From Fimbriosthenelais zetlandica (Eukaryota), in contig OZ365112.1 in NCBI GenBank assembly GCA_977030845.1, positions 3,658,001 through 3,722,000 on the forward strand: DNA of 64,000 nt. The letters run 5' to 3'. The notes under the pieces were generated by a model. It was not told the origin of the DNA, made no database searches, and saw only the letters and a program-made list of their open reading frames with translations. Shown piece after piece: positions 50,000 to 62,317 of the stretch (its first letter is position 1; every line of letters starts with the position of its first letter). A program made the translations under genes and the position numbers.

Positions 50000-52043
50000 G
50001 TATATAGACTTCTATTTACTGATGAATCTTCAGAGCATTCCTCCGTACAATAGGTTCCCCCATGGATAACATTATACATATACACAAGACTCCTTCTTCT
50101 TCAGACCCTCTGAAAACCCAGCATTTTTGGACAGTTGAAAACAGCAGTGCTTTCCCATAGCATCACAGTCCCACTGAGGAATATTTTGGATCATTTCTTT
50201 GAGATGTAATAAGAACTTAAACCTGTAAACCAACCATCCCTCCACTGGAAGCTATAGTTCATTTTGATATGGAATCGAACTTAAATTTTTGAAAAGATCT
50301 TAACCTTTTTATGAACTGGAGATATCTGGATGCATTGCACTTTGGTGTAGGTATATGACCTTCGGAAAGTAGCGCGATTGGGAAACTTATTTTTCATTGC
50401 CAAAAAATAGTCCAAAGGAACCGATTGGATGGGAATTGGCACAGGATGGAACCTCCCTTTAATTGTTCACTGGAAGCTTACAGTTCCGTACATCACCATA
50501 TCCGCTTTCTCAGCCATGATATATATCACTTAAATGTCAAGAAAAGCTATTATTTAACCTTGTTGATCTACTATTACAAACCCACTGTCACCCAAGTGTT
50601 GAAGATGCAATGATTAAACCTTAAATCGTTCCATAAATCAATTAGGTCGGCTGCTACCTCAACCACAAAAATTACCCACATTTAATAATTATTTCGGCGG
50701 ATTTATCTGTGGGATCCGGGAAGCTTTTGAGTGTCGAGACAAGTTGATATGAACACTTTGTATCTGTGTACACTCACTATTCCATGACGCCCGAACGAAA
50801 CAATTTATTTACAATCTAAACAACTGATAACAAATCTACATCTATTTTTGTTATCTGTGTTGATCCTCCCTCACCCAACCATCTTTCCCATCCTTGTGCA
50901 ATATTTATAAATGTCAGAAATACTTTTGGAAATTACCCGAAATCTCCTCGGCATCCTTCTAGAACGGTGCCTATAATTGATCGGAAGCCCTGATTATGAA
51001 TTAAAACTTGAGAAATACGCTTCATAATGGAAATCTTATCAGATGTTATCATTGTATAGCTATTGTATATAAGAAGGCTCCATTTTCATGGCCACTCATA
51101 CATCCAAGCAACGTTCAAAGTCTATTGTTAACAAGGATCAAAATGCAACAAGTGTTTCGAGGAAACTTTCTATAGGACTCCATCTGGATCTCTACGAATT
51201 TAAAATCTTTTTTATTTATTTCCCAATCTATGGACTCTATTTACTCGATTTATATCCCAGTATTGGATCAATATTTAAGGAAATTCTTAAAGAAAGTATG
51301 ATAATTTGAGCTGGATGTATTTATATGTATTAAGTGGGCATGGATAGCCTATGGTCCATACATGTATACACATGTTTAGAGAGAGAGAGAAGATAGATGA
51401 AGCAAAGGACACGGTTCCTGCTCTTGGCTACAACTCTAGACCACATCCTCTCTGTCCCGCTATAACTGGTGCTACACTCTATACTTGGATCCTCTCTCCC
51501 CTCTCTTCTGTCTTCTAAACATTTTCACCCCAGCCGGGACTTGGACAGGTGCTACATGCCAACCACAATAGCCAGGGATGTACCTTTGTGCCACCCCATA
51601 CATAGGAATCTCATAGACTCCCGAGAGTTTTAACTTTTAACTTTGGATCTCAACTCTAATGCATTAATGTATAAGGATTATGCAACAGAGACTTGTTGAT
51701 GAGAATACCATGGATATTATATGAATTTATTTTTGGATTTTTTTTCTGAATGAATATACCAAGGAAATGACTGTGATATTTTAATTGTGATATTAGTGTA
51801 GGCCCATTTAACTCTTCTTTGATGTGAGAGAAAGTACTGTAACTTGGCAAGGGATGATGAATGACAAAGCATTGGACTGTAATTTAGGGTATTTAAACTA
51901 CATACAGTTAAAACTCAATGGAATCAAACCCCAACGGAATCACATGGATAATATATAAAAATACAAATGATACACTATGGGAATATTTTAGTGGATTTGC
52001 TTCATAATTTTTATCGAATAGGAAATTAATTTTAAAACTGACA

Positions 52044-52256
52044 ATGAGTCGACGTGGTCGTAGCCCCTCGACATTACAGCCGGATATGGCTCTGGTGCCT
52101 CGAGTGCGCATGCGCTCGCGCTCGGTGGGTTTCCATGGCAGCAATATACAATCTCTGGTGTGGAAAGCCATGCATAATATGTTCATATTGAGACGTGTAC
52201 CCTGGTACCAAGGCGTCTTCAAACATGTCTACCCTCTAGATGTGGTCGATGGCGAT
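52044..52256 (+). CDS. Alternative first coding exon (phase 0), MSRRGRSPSTLQPDMALVPRVRMRSRSVGFHGSN...HVYPLDVVDGD
   Basis: 71 codons in a CpG-rich island, donor GAT|GTAAGT. The real start may be the in-frame ATG at 52170, since NRF1-like (GCGCATGCGC) and X-box (GTTTCCATGGCAGC) motifs lie in the 5' half. Confidence 0.7.
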
Positions 52257-55200
52257 GTAAGTCAAGAAATCTTATAAAAATCGATCTAAATAAATATCCA
52301 CTTTCTGGGAACCGTTGCTCCAAAGAAATTGGGGGGTTATTTGCTAGAAAACCAGCTCAAGTGGTCATCAATTATCAAAAGGTTGGTGGTTCAATGCCTG
52401 GGCTGTCCAGGACATTTCCATTCCATTTTTACCCCTTCTTAGCAGGTATCTTCCAATGCACCTTTATAATTATCAGAAATGTCTGCAGCAAAGACGGTAA
52501 CATAGGCCTACATTCATTGAGAATCGTTTAGAAACAGATCTCCGCAAAAAATCACACAAAGACTTAGGCCTATAAAGTAAACCGTGTGAACTGCCTTGCA
52601 CTAAAAACATGACTCTGAACCTTGGTATTTAAGTGTTAGGATTAAAATTATGGCAAATATTCCGATTTAAATAAGTACTATTTCTTTAAAAGTTGAATTG
52701 AGGAAGACAGTCAAGCTAAAGTACATATATATTGGTAAATGTCTTCCTTTACAGACTTAAATTGAGACATTGTAGAATAAAAGCTATGTCTTGAGGGCAT
52801 GCTATAAGTGTCTTCATGAATAAGAAAGCCTTGTGAAATGAAAATGTATGGGTGGCTGGATGGATAGGCACAAATATAGGTATAGTCAAGGTTTAGTGGA
52901 TATTTGACAGGATAAAGGGCCATACACATCGGTTTCCAGGGTAACAATGGCGATCCCACTCCCCCACCCTTACCACACAATAGAAAACGGACAACATGCC
53001 AGATTTTACCCACACAAATTGCCCTATTAAGGCATTATACGACTTTTCCCCTTAAAGAAGTATAAAATAGGATTTGGATTATGGGAGGGTCTGGTCCAAG
53101 TTGTTATTGTTTGCTTATTGCTAGGCAACATGGTATATTACTACTATTATCTCTCTATACAAGAAGTAAAAATTAAAAGAATAATTTTGTCTGGTCATAC
53201 AAAGTGTATGTTAATCCAGCAGGTGTTTTGCTCTGACAACACCTGTGGGAGTCTGAATCGACTAAACCAATTTATTTTTGTTCGGGTAAATTTATTAAAA
53301 TTGTGTCTACAAAAAGATTGATGTCCTTTCAAAAGTAGTAATTTTTCATCCAATTGGGAAACTTTATTCAGGAAAGCTCCTCAACAGCTGTACAGTTGTT
53401 CACCTTTCCTTGAGTCACCTGTCAATGCCCTTAAATAATGGTCTATCAATTTTTTCTACAAATAAGAGAAAATTGTCGATATTTTCTTCAATTTGTACCG
53501 GAGGAAAATGTATTAATGTGTGCCAGTAGAAAGATGCAGTAAACAAAGTACATTTCAGTCTAGTAGGTGTATTTATACGTTTTGAGGAGAAGGCTCTCTT
53601 CTATAGGCTTGAAAGAGCAAACATAATTGGAAAAAAATGCCCCACTTTCCCTTCACCCTTTCCTTTCACCCCATGTCCGGGTGTATACAAAATGAGTTTC
53701 TCTTTTGAAAAAAGTGATTTTTTATTATTTAATTATAGATATTGTTTGTATAATGTAAAATTGGGCTTTAGCTTTCGAGAGGCAATACCCATGTCATTTA
53801 TATTTTCACTTGTCGTCAAAGACTTTAATTTAAAGTAAATTATTTATTTCCGCTAGACTTTTTAATCTTGAATAATAGCAGGTTAAAAGTAGGCCACCTT
53901 GGAAATTGGAAACTACTTGTTAAGTGATCGCAATATTTCATTATCAAGGCGTTTGCTGGAGTGAAATGCTCCAAAGAATACACCCCCCCCCCCTCCCTCC
54001 TCCCTAACCTCCACCTCTATTTAATGCACCACCCATTCATATTCTAACTGGAAAGTTCAAAGGAAGTTTAACTGTATATATCTTTAGACTTTTAGAATTC
54101 AAAATAACATTTGCAAGTCAATTTCTTATCCTGTTCACACGCAGTGTTTTTTAAATTTCTGATTAGAAAAATGCAGGTTCAAACCCGCTTAGCAACACCA
54201 AACGTTTGTTTCTTTTACAACCAATCTTATCTTGATATATACCTAGCCCTAATTTAATTTTAAAGTAATTTTTATGATTGGAAAAACACCAATTCTTGCT
54301 CAAACATTGCTACTTACATATATAGTATATACTTGTATATAGTCAGTTTATATAGATGATAATTGCATGTATAAATACTTTCTCCAGTTTAGTAACAATA
54401 GAAGCTATGTTAATAATGATAATGTATAAATGCTCTTCAGATTTTTCAATAACAATAGACGCCATGTTGCCACACATTGAGTTGTCGCAATAACCCCGAT
54501 TATGACAAAAGAACTGTTTTTGTTTGACTTAATCCTTGTCACTAATTAGAGTAATTATATTTTTAATTGCTCTCTGAATTACACGACTCTGTATCCTACA
54601 AGCCGAGAACATCCCTGCCTATTATGGCGCGTAATGCATAAGTTTTTTTCTGTTTGTTACAAACAAGATGGTATTACATGTACTTCTATCAATGTTTTTG
54701 AGGTAGAAATGAGTAAAAATTCCATTGGAATTCCATATGGCATAAATATTCAGTTTAGTTAAGAATCGAGTGATAAAATGTCATAATAAATAATATTACC
54801 AATATTTATTATGGAACTGTCCCACAAGGAAACCAACTTAAAACTAGCAATATTTTTAGGCATCTAGCCCGCATTACCAATATTTATTGGTAACTAAAAC
54901 TAGTCCCGCATTTAAGTAAACAAGGAAGTTTACGTTCTCCCCTATCCTGATATACATATTACATATTTTCTGTATCGGTTCCTCCCATCACTTTCATTGT
55001 GACAGAGAATGATTTAACCAGTGACATCGCCCAAACACTGCTCAGCACGCTGTCAACTAATAATGATAGGTTGTCATAGATCTAATACAATATACATTTA
55101 TCAACTTATTGTTTACATTCAGTTATTATTGGCCTACTGCCCTCAATTGAGGCTACTTTCGTTGACCACCTGGCACTCTTGGATTCATAATGTTTTAAAA

Positions 55201-55552
55201 AGAATAATTTGAAGTGCACCCAAATATTTTGTGCCTTATTTCATGAAATCTTGAAAAAGTGAATCTGTTGGACTGAAATTGATATAAATATTCAGCTTTA
55301 AAAAGTTCTTAAAAGTTCCTCAACTTCTGCCCTCTGACGCTGAGAGAACCTTATTATCTAAACCTGATTATTATGGTTTATTGAAAAGAAGACGAAAAAT
55401 TGATTTCCTGCCAATAAATATAAATATTTGTTATCAAAATCAAAATTATTTGGAACGATGTGGCGCCAAAATGGAGAGAAGTGACAAGCTGGCCCTCCCA
55501 GATGGCCCGGCTGACCTTGTCTTACTAACATGTATACACACACCACTGACCA

Positions 55553-55695
55553 ATGGTGGAAGACCTCCCATATATACCGACCACCTGGTCAAGTCCAGAA
55601 ATGTTACCTATGGGACCAAACAAGAGGCGTTGCCATGGGAACCAACAGTTGTCAGGGAATAGCCATAGCAACTGTGACAATCTCTATGGACACTG
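55553..55695 (+). CDS. Candidate first coding exon (phase 2), MVEDLPYIPTTWSSPEMLPMGPNKRRCHGNQQLSGNSHSNCDNLYGH
   Basis: 47 codons + 2 nt, donor CTG|GTTAGT; overlaps X-box GTTGCCATGGGAAC (55629-55642). Could join the acceptor at 56152|56153 (open as YLTAIDLRVTVVTS...) or skip to the phase-2 acceptor. Confidence 0.35.
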
Positions 55696-57030
55696 GTTAG
55701 TATTGTCTCGGGTTTCGGGGGAAGTACATGCCTTTGTTTACATACAAATTGCTTATTTTAATAGGATTTTCAAAGGATATTTCGTCTGTTGTCATACTCC
55801 TATCTTCTGTGGATATATCAATATTTATATTCTCATATAGCCTAAGGATGTATATCCAATATCTTTCTTGATATTCAATACTTACAATATTGAATATGAA
55901 TGTTATATTGACTATCAGTTTAACTACATTGTCTTGAATAGATTGCCTATATTTGATATTCACAATTGGAAGAATGACGGCCATCTTGGATTACCATTTC
56001 AATAAATTCATTTATGGATAAATTCACACATTTCTGAAGTCCTATTTGTCAAAACATTGGAATTAATATCCAGCGAGGAGTGGATGAATGAGCTCGTCTG
56101 AGATGAAATTGGTCAATAGTCTTGATGTGTTATTGTTTTACAATTGACGCAGGTATTTGACTGCCATTGACCTTAGAGTGACAGTAGTGACATCAGATAG
56201 TCGGGGATGGTTGTCACCCTGGCTGTCAGTCGTGTCACCTACATCCGGAGACGCTAGCACTGACGCGATACCTGGTGGGCCTTCCACAAACCATATCCCT
56301 CCCGCCTCCACAAGTCTGGAGAGGCAATGTAAAACAAGTGCAGGACCATTGTGTCCATTGCTTCCAGAGAGATCCGGACATAATTACATGATTTAACTAA
56401 ACGTATCAACATTTTCATTGACCATTTATCTATTTAAGTCTATATCCCTCCCATAGACTAGGGGAAAAAATGGCTCATTTAGTGAAATTATCTTATGACA
56501 ACCTGCGGCCTAGACTTGAATACATACATGTTCTGATATTGTGAATCTTCCAAAATAATCCAAACCAAGAAGGGACTGCAATTATTGCTGTGTTATATAT
56601 AGGATTTGTAGCGGTTGTTAAGCCAAACACCTTATAATAAAAGTATGATCATCTTCAGTAGACAGCAGAAATATCTCAAGTATAAAGACTAAATTACATG
56701 GCAATCATTGTTTGTGACGCACACATTGTTTCCCACTCCCGGGCGTTCAATTAGCCTCTGATGGCACTGTGGGAAATGATTATTTCTCCACATAAAAAAC
56801 GCGCATTGCAGAAAATTCTATTAGTCCATTTTACCTGGCGTCATTCTTCAAGTTTAATAAAACAAACTTTTTGAATTAACTCAAAACAACTATTGTTGAC
56901 TCCACCGATATATATATATATATAATATATATATGTTTTATAATATTTAGATTAAAATCTAAAGGTATTCCCAGGCTTGTCAATCGGAAGGAATGAAAAT
57001 AGAAATTACCTGACTTTTAAGTAGCAGACT

Positions 57031-57198
57031 ATGTTCTCTGTGCCTCCTCGGAATTATATTCTACTATTATTGGACGAGGAATGGGACCCAATCCTTGAGA
57101 ATAAAGTAGAAATCGAGACGGATGACAAATCTAGATTGCGATCCTGGTCCTGCTCAGCCGCCCTCTCCCCACGTATTTCACAGAGGCGTTTGGCACAG
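57031..57198 (+). CDS. Alternative first coding exon (phase 0), MFSVPPRNYILLLLDEEWDPILENKVEIETDDKSRLRSWSCSAALSPRISQRRLAQ
   Basis: 56 codons, donor CAG|GTATAT; protein-like composition. Confidence 0.62.
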
Positions 57199-57472
57199 GT
57201 ATATAGAATTGGCTATCATGAAAGTTAATTATTTTAAAAGTATATAATAACTTGTGGAGTTATTTGATTTAGGAAAGCTTAGGAATAAATAGAAAGTCAA
57301 TTTAAGTCGCTTTAAATTCAGCACAATGGATAATATGTCTCCCACTCACTATTAGATGGAGAATCTCTGGTTATAAACTGATTTATTGAGTATGGCGGAT
57401 CGTTGCATTATGACGCCTGGGACGTCTCATGAAAAACCTCTTTTTGTAAATACGAAGACAATTGTACAAATC

Positions 57473-57660
57473 TGTACTCCACTGCTGCGATTTTCCTTGC
57501 GACACTGCTGCGACAAAGGTGGCGTTTGTGTGGTAATGAAAAATGTGCAAATGGAGGACGGCCTTAAGACCTTGGACCATAATTTATTAATTTTATTGCG
57601 ACACAAGCATCACTTTTGTCGCAGTACTGTCGCAAGCAAAATCGCAGCAGTGTAGACCTG
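57473..57660. mobile_element. MITE family A copy (opposite orientation, eroded ends)
   Basis: ctccactgctgcgattttccttgcgacac ... tgtcgcaagcaaaatcgcagcagtg. Confidence 0.85.
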
Positions 57661-58245
57661 AGATCCATTGTCATGACTGTGTAACATGTTTAGCCCCTTA
57701 ATCAATGATGTGGGTCATGAGGTCTCTAATTCATGTTCACTAATTAGACTGTTGTTAATTCCTCATGTAAATACCGCTCTCTACCGTATGACATGTATTG
57801 ACAGCTCCAGTCATATTACCGTAAATACAAGCGCAAATTACATCCCCTATACGGTATTCCCCGACCCACTGCACCCCCCCCCCCCCGACACCCTCCCTTG
57901 TCGCTCAAATTCTCACTCGAGGCTATAGCAACTCGTTGAACGTGTGAAAACCACTCGTGCCAAAGCATTTCCAACACGTACGTGTGAAATTATCACATGA
58001 GATCAAATATAATTTTTTTTGATGATTTTTATTTCTAAACTTAACTTTGATCTAGCTGGCGCGCTTAGATTTCTTTATAAGATATACGGTAATGTAATGA
58101 AGTCATTGAGTATGATTTGTTATATAGAGAGTGGTGGGAATCTAGACCATCACAAGGATGGAGCGCTTCATTGGAATCTCTTATACCGTACCAGCATTAC
58201 ACGGATGCTTCCAGTGATTGTTTAGAATTTATATCTGTACCCAGA

Positions 58246-58323
58246 ATGAAAATGGATACGTTTAAAGTGATTCTTTATGGCAACAAAGCCGGTGGGCGTT
58301 ATAGCATGGGCATCCTCCTCGAG
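58246..58323 (+). CDS. Candidate first coding exon (phase 0), MKMDTFKVILYGNKAGGRYSMGILLE
   Basis: 26 codons, donor GAG|GTCAGA, 535 bp upstream of the shared exon. Confidence 0.35.
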
Positions 58324-58858
58324 GTCAGATGAAAAATCTAATTTTAGTAATATTTCTTTAATTGTTTCTTCGATTTTACTTCCTTCTTCGGTGCGAATAC
58401 TACAGAGCGATTGGAGCTGAAAGTGAAATGCTCTGAATGATGCTCTTCTTTCCTTCGGTTAAATCTTAGACATTTCCTCGATCCGGGCATTATCAATATT
58501 TCTGCCATTTCTGAGTTTAGAAAACCTTTTCCATCCCCATTCTTCCCAGTAAGACTCCGGGATGATCTCAATTTCGCACTGAGGATCTTACATTAAAATC
58601 CATTTTATTTATTGTCTTAAACATCCAGACTCTTCTATATATATATAGCCTACTGACGACATAGACGTTCTTCCTAAAACCACTAGGAAGTAGTGATCTC
58701 AAAATGAGACAGATGTAAACATGTTAAAGTGAATCATAGTTGAAATCTGTCATGGTCATTTGATAAACGTTAAAAACTCCGACAAGATGGATAATTCTGA
58801 GCGTAAAAATAATTTTTGGAGGAATATTTTGTCTAAATTGTTCCCCTTTGTTTTCCAG

Positions 58859-58896
58859 CAGATGGCCACGACACCTAACTCTGAAGATGGAAGGAG
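58859..58896 (+). CDS. Shared 38-nt exon (phase 0 to 2), QMATTPNSEDGR(S/R), with NAGNAG acceptor
   Basis: Acceptor ttcccctttgttttccag|CAG|; perfect donor GAG|GTGAGT; open in phase 0. Confidence 0.75.
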
Positions 58897-59825
58897 GTGA
58901 GTAACTTAATTAATTATAATTATTCAATATGCTCTTAATTAATCCACTTAATTAATCTACTTATTTCTCATCATTGAGTTCTTTCAGTGGCTAACAATAT
59001 AGTTCCCAGTCTCAATAGCTTTATATAAGTTTAAATTAATTTATTGAGTCTTTAATTAGTTTTTAATTAATTTAATATGATGGCCAATATCTTGTATTGA
59101 TACTTAGAGTTTTGATCTAAAATGAAAACTATACATTGACTATACATGGGTAGCCTTGCTTTCCTCCAGTCACCTTCCCCCTAATTGTGTTGATGGGAAG
59201 AAAGATATAAACATTACCCTTTACTAAGCCATGGGAAAATCCAACTTAATTCCCCACTTAAAGATACCAGTAATATTCCAACCATTCATAATTGCTCTTA
59301 GACATTTAAATTACATTTCCCGCATATATAAAATGATATATCATCTCTGTTGGGAACATTTTTCCCAGAATATTCAATTGTTTCATTCCCGAGATATGTG
59401 ATTTTGAACAAAGCTTGTCACAATTTATGTGAAGGAACAAATTGCATATTATCATATATGTGGCATATGACTATGATACACATCTATCCGTGACATATGA
59501 CCATGAATACACTTAAGTTGATATTTACATTGTGTCATGTTAGATAATAACTATAGGTAAGGGGGTATAGGTTAGTGTCTTCACTATTATAGTGGTGTAA
59601 GCCCACCCATAGTCATCCAGGGGTGGTCACTCATTCTGTCGGGCGCCAGGGAATAGAAAAATTATCCACAGTTAGGCCTGGTCGGGTGGTTAAATATGAC
59701 ACCCAGTGAATAGGCAGGCGCCTCGGGGGTGAATGCCATACCGTCACAAGAAGAAACCCGCCCCTTAATAGGCGGGCTTTAAAAGCGCCACAAAAAGCCA
59801 TGACATTGAATTCCTCACATCAGAC

Positions 59826-59854
59826 ATGCCGACTCCAAGTTATGTGGCATTAAG
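59826..59854 (+). CDS. Candidate short first exon, second tier (phase 2), MPTPSYVAL(S/R)
   Basis: 9 codons + 2 nt, donor AAG|GTAATT. Confidence 0.35.
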
Positions 59855-61113
59855 GTAATTTTAATGATAAAAAATCACCATATTGTCCCAGAGGTGGGCT
59901 AAGATTGTGTCTGGCATCCCAGTTGAAATTTCAAGGCTGGACGGTTGACTGTGATGTTCTGAGGACAACTTTAATTAATACTCGGTCATCGTGGCATTAT
60001 AATAGGCACATTAACCATATGCATGCCTGCATACAATTAACTTTCACACGAGATAGTGACAGACCAAGCGTCTGTGACCATTGGGAATTGTTTCACTTTT
60101 GGGCATTTAAATGCAAGGAAACCGTGGAGAGGAGAGCATTTAAGGAACACAGACATTTTGGATTTACAAATGTATTGGATATCAATATACATGTAATGGG
60201 ATTAGGTTACGATCGACTAGGAGACATATAATGCATGGCGTTTAAGATGTATTTGGAACAATTTGAAACAGGATCGTCAACATAGAAGGAGGGACTTTCT
60301 TTGATGGATATTCATGACATGGTTGGGAGTTCAGACATACATGTATTGTCCATATCCTATATTCCCATGTGATCGATGGCTTAGCAAGGCTTTCATTGGA
60401 TGAACATATTCAAAGAATACTTCAATAAGATGGATTTTTAAAATTCAAATCATTCCCCAATTTCTAAAACTCATGTCAGAGGTCAGCTGGTCCTGATTTT
60501 AATTCAGTAGACGTGTATTATATCAAATGCCAATTTGCCAATTAATTAATTCACCTCAGGAGTCCAAAATTTCTCAGAAAGTTTAAGCAAAAATATATTT
60601 GCTTTGAGTCGTTCAAACCCCGTTGAAAGTATCCCTGCACATGTTAAGGAACATTTTATAAGGCGACATCAAATTGTCCATTTCTTCGGGATCATGATTA
60701 ATTTCATCTTTATGTAAACTATGACGATCTCCATTGAGAAAGCGTTGCGAGGAGCATGACCATCTATCTATGACGTCCAGTGCGGCCGTATCCATTGCAT
60801 TCATTCCCACACCCATGTCATGAAGGAGAAACATAATAACCAGATCTAAATTAAAAAAACTCTCATTTCTCACCGACTGACACTTGCGCATGTAAAACTA
60901 AACCAATTCATTTCTAAAGGTCAGCTTTCGACATTGGACAAATCTTTGACATTTTTTTGACGCATACGAGATAGCTTAACATTGACCTTGATGGGAAACC
61001 TGGATTTAGGTTGACTTGACCTGAGAAAAAAATCCAGAGAAATGAAAAGGAAAACTCTTGACCTCTCCTCAACAAATCTTTTCCTCACTTTGAATGATCT
61101 TTTGGATTGATAG

Positions 61114-61163
61114 ATGACAAAACTTTTTAATTCAAAATGTTTTGAATTTCTGAACCAATTAAG
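61114..61163 (+). CDS. Candidate short first exon, second tier (phase 2), MTKLFNSKCFEFLNQL(S/R)
   Basis: 16 codons + 2 nt, donor AAG|GTACCG. Confidence 0.35.
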
Positions 61164-61498
61164 GTACCGAGACCACTGCATTCATATATGACAGTTGAAA
61201 TAATTCAAATATACTGACACAATATATATTAGCAGTGATAGTTATTTGGGGAATTCACAATTCAGATTTTAATGAACTTGTCACTCGGTGAGTGTTGCTA
61301 CAGCATTTGAGGTGGGAAAGCGGCTTGGTGACGATGCCTCAAGCCTGAGTAAGGCCTACCAGAGGTTTACCTATATAAGACTAGCCCCAAGTCTAACCCC
61401 AAGGGCAGTGACACTAATCCCTCCCAGCATTTGATTGAAAAATATGATGAAATACACCGTTAATTTACTTTAGTTAATTCACTGAGACTATAGAAAGA

Positions 61499-61905
61499 AT
61501 GGGTCGGTTCAAAAATGAACAAGCTGTGCTGTCCCCAGGCAAAATGCAAGGACCGTACCATGAAAAACAAGAGCCAGTCATTGTATCAACAACAGGGAAA
61601 CATTCTACAGCACTCCGAGGACACCTGCCAGCGGAACGCAGAACTTTATTCAAGAATGGATTACCCAACTCTCTCTGGAATTACCAAAGAAAATTCAAAG
61701 CAAAACATCTGAACAGGAGGAAGAGATGGCTAGCTGGGCATTCACCTGAATTCAGCGCATGCTCAGTAGCACAGAAATGTACTTCCGGTCAGGCGCCTCG
61801 TTTTGAACTTTTCGTTAATGGCGGTTGTGATTTGGTTCTGGCCGGGAAAGAATTAATGAATGATTTAACTGACAATGTCGCAACAATTTTCCTAGAACAT
61901 TTGAG
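61499..61905 (+). CDS. Alternative first coding exon, second tier (phase 2), 135 aa, MGRFKNEQAVLSPGKMQGPY...DLTDNVATIFLEHL(S/R)
   Basis: Long non-repetitive ORF; donor GAG|GTTAGT; the ORF track reads on into AT-rich intron. Confidence 0.7.
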
Positions 61906-62273
61906 GTTAGTGTTTTCAAATATTAAAACATATAATTACAGTTTTATTTTTAAACATTTTCCCCTTTTAGAATCACTACTAACATCTTAAAATATTTATA
62001 GGAAAGTAATCTTAGGTTAAATATGATCTAATATGTAATTGGCTATGGAATATCAAATGGTAAAATCATTTCGGAATGATTTTGGAATTCTCAATAATTG
62101 CTGCAATCTTAGAGTAAAATGCATTTTCGCTGCAATGCAGTCATTGACTAACTGTACAATCAGTTCGACTCCACAGTCGACCATGACTTACTAGCATTGC
62201 AAACACTAAATTACATCAAAAAGTGGTGAATTTTCTACTCTTTCCATTTGTCATACACCCTTATTACAGTAGG

Positions 62274-62317
62274 ATGGTTTGGGTGGGTGAAGGCATATAT
62301 ATCATACTCGGTTGGAG
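62274..62317 (+). CDS. Candidate short first exon, second tier (phase 2), MVWVGEGIYIILGW(S/R)
   Basis: aggATGG context, 14 codons + 2 nt, strong donor GAG|GTATGT. Confidence 0.4.

Noticed and set aside
58344-58571. Lys-rich minus-strand ORF
   Set aside because: No start context, splice support or homology that I can recognise.
59560-59810. GC-rich segment with hairpin CCCGCCCCTTAATAGGCGGG, possibly a Helitron/SINE end
   Set aside because: Single copy in the window and no diagnostic termini.
60613-61181. Two adjacent minus-strand ORFs (92 and 86 aa)
   Set aside because: No recognisable domain; could be a decayed element or the antisense of second-tier 5' UTRs.
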